Origin: Pavona decussata
Taxonomy: Eukaryota
Assembly (NCBI GenBank): GCA_977016875.1
Contig: CDRNST010000186.1
Span: 2,232,001-2,296,000, forward strand
Direction: 5' to 3'
Length of the DNA stretch: 64,000 nt
A program made the position numbers and the translations under genes. The notes beneath the pieces are model-generated. The model was not told the origin of the DNA. It did not search any database and saw only the letters and a program-made list of their open reading frames with translations. Below, piece by piece: positions 61,399 through 64,000 of the stretch (position 1 is the first letter of the stretch; each line of letters begins with the position of its first letter).

Positions 61399-64000
61399 TT
61401 TGAGATAAATGTATCTTATGCGAGGGTCATCTATGAGAAACAAAATTAAAGAAGCTCATTTATTTCATAATGCATACTTTAAGAAGTAAGTTATAAGAGA
61501 AAGCTAGGTGGAGAGGGCCTTATGGGGTTTCAGGAAAGTTAGGAAACGATATTTCTCTATATTCTAAAAACAAATACAACAATAAGCTATTTGCAGCTTA
61601 TACTCAGATAGATAGAACCACCAGATAAATGTAGAATTGCATTTCTTGCAGTCAGAATGAAATACAGGGGAAAACGACATTTGTCATGCACAAAAGACAC
61701 TATAAAAAATAGACACATAAACAGATTAAGTTTCTTCGCGTCTGTTCACGTGACCCTGGGTCATGATGACGCTAAAAGCAATTTCCGGTATGATCGTTGT
61801 GAAGGCCACATTCAATTAAAAGTGTTCTACGCTTTCTACCAAATCTTGTGGTGATCACTGGCATTGTATTAAAACGCAAACTTTTGTAAGCGTTTTCGTT
61901 CGTCATTGTTCAAGTCCGGATATTTACAGGTTTGGACAGAAATGATTTAAAGTAGTCATTAAGAATTTCCGAGATACTTCTCTCTATGAATGCTAAAGTC
62001 TTATTTTTAGTCATTTGTGTCTTCCACGCGCCAAGAATGGATTTTCATTGGCCAGCTTTTGTTGAAGAGAAGCAGATCAATACATCCCCACTAGGAGAGA
62101 GTAGAGTTCCATGAATAAACTAATGTGCAGATTTGTGACTACGATGAAGAAAAAAAAAAAGAAAGTAAGAAACGGAACCCATTTTTAGACACGGTATGCC
62201 CCTTAGGGCATCCCACGTAATTATAACTCGGCACCTCACGGCCGGACTACAAAGAACGCGACCGACAACGTAACTCATGACACGAAGTCTTATGCGTTAA
62301 TCGATAGATACAGAGATACAGTGAAGCAATAAGTAACCACCAGATAAAATTGCAGGGGTAAACATTTCTTAAGTAGAATACCTCGTGCTTCATACCGGGA
62401 TGCTTTAATTCCCGGGCATTAATCGTAACGTTTTCACCTTTGATTTGGAGACAGAAACCATTTGTACATTGATTATGTTTCAATACGAACCGAGAGTCAT
62501 ATAGTATCTGTATGACCCCAAGCATTGATGACGCTAACAACCATTTTCGGTATGATCGTTGTGAAGGCCACGTTCAAAGAATTTGATAACGCGACCGAAA
62601 ATTTAACTCGTGCCGCCCGAGTACAAAAAACGAGATCGACAACTTAACTCGTGGCCCGAAGTCTTATCTCTCAGCCCATCGCGACCCCAAAAAATTAAAA
62701 AGAAGTTGATAACGCGACCGAAAACTTAACTCGTGCCGCCTTACCGCCCTAGTTATAACAACTTTAGTGGTTCATTCTCAGACAAGAACTAGAGGAGGAA
62801 AAACTTGGCTCCAGTCTCCCGCATAATGCGGAACAGATGGCCGTTTGGAGCAACAGAAAGATAAGTAAGTATTGCTTTTAAAATACAATCCAAACTTCAG
62901 ATTTGTTTCAAAATAACTTTCAATAAAGACAAAGGGTGCTTATTAGAGTGTGACACCTATCACAACTAGAAGTGAGTTTTTAAGTCTCCAGAATAGTCGC
63001 CGAATTTATGGTTTCCTGCCGTAAGCAATGCGGTTACGTTTGTTTTAAGAATATCTTAAAAAATACCTTGCTTCTTAAAGTTTCAATGAAAAATTTTAGT
63101 TGGTGGCCTTAAGCACTAATTAAACTGCAATAGACTTAGATAATGCTGGGTCATTTTGTATTTACTGGCACATTTGTGTTGAGAATCCGTTTAGTGGTAG
63201 GCAAAGAGAAATATGACCGGAATTGGTTTTATCAGTATCTTCTAAGCATAGCTGTAAAGTGAAAAAGGCTTAACCTTAGTATTTTCATCTTGATTGTCAT
63301 ATAGGTAGGGACACGCTCTACGACTATGTTGGAATTTTGTTACTACAAGAATGCGCATCAAAGATAATTGAGCTTAAAGTTGGGCTATTTCCGGTTTGTT
63401 GTTATATTAATGGAGATAAGACCCACAACTTAAGATTACTGACGTGTGCATCAAAAATATTCCTGTGGGCCATAAGTTTTGTTAAAGAAAGTTCAAGAGT
63501 TGAGCCAACAAAAAATGACTCTTGATTTGAGTGAATAAACTTCTAGCATTGTAAGGGAAGAAATACAAAGTGGTCAAAATTAAGCTAAAAATCAGCTTCA
63601 CGGGACAACCACAAAGCTGTTACCCAGAACGCAGCCCAAATAAGGTCAATGAAGCTGAAACTTTGGTATATTGCACAAGTTGTCACAGTAATTATGTGTT
63701 CCAATTTTGAGCAAAATCGCCCCATCTACCTCATTTCCAAGCCTGTCCCACTCTTTTAGGCAGAAGCTCTTAATAGGTAGTCTAGAAGGTTCACGGTTTC
63801 TTAAATCTTTCACTTTACATTGTCTTACAAATTTTCTTGAAGTCGATCACACTGGAATTCTGATCAATGCTTCAGGGAAGCGTGTCTACGATTTCGTAAG
63901 TTCTGTTTCTCCACAGAGAAATTGGCAAACAAATGACAAAGATTGATTGATTAATTAACTGACCGCTTTGCAATAACGTTGTGGGATTAATGTTAAAAAG

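Noticed and set aside
1-64000. Prokaryotic contig, tRNA or rRNA genes
   Set aside because: Low coding density, spliceosomal signals, a GPCR and eukaryotic TEs indicate animal DNA. No tRNA or rRNA recognised by eye.

Overview
AT-rich, intron-containing animal DNA. The style of the repeats and the intronless GPCR suggest a cnidarian, probably a stony coral (inference). The main feature is a plus-strand tandem array of nine small stand-alone GIY-YIG nuclease genes at about 6.4, 15.7, 19.8, 24.6, 31.1, 39.0, 46.2, 51.6 and 56.5 kb. Each has an intronless CDS starting just after a splice acceptor and is preceded by non-coding 5' exons. At least 12 copies of a conserved promoter module lie upstream: ATF4/C-EBP-type ATTGCATCA, kappaB-like GGGRNNYYCC, an inverted CCAAT pair, CRE TGACGT(CA), then a 5' splice donor. 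I propose a stress- or immune-inducible nuclease effector cluster evolving by birth and death (inference). The paralogs include basic and acidic subtypes, a copy with a G>E change in the catalytic motif, an N-truncated copy, and a copy with a basic Ser-rich repeat tail. Also present: an apparently intact PIF/Harbinger transposon (1532-5675) in a 5'UTR intron, duplicated threonine aldolase pseudogene fragments on the minus strand, several MITEs and fold-back elements with TSDs, internal segmental duplications, and a probably frameshifted class A GPCR near the right end.
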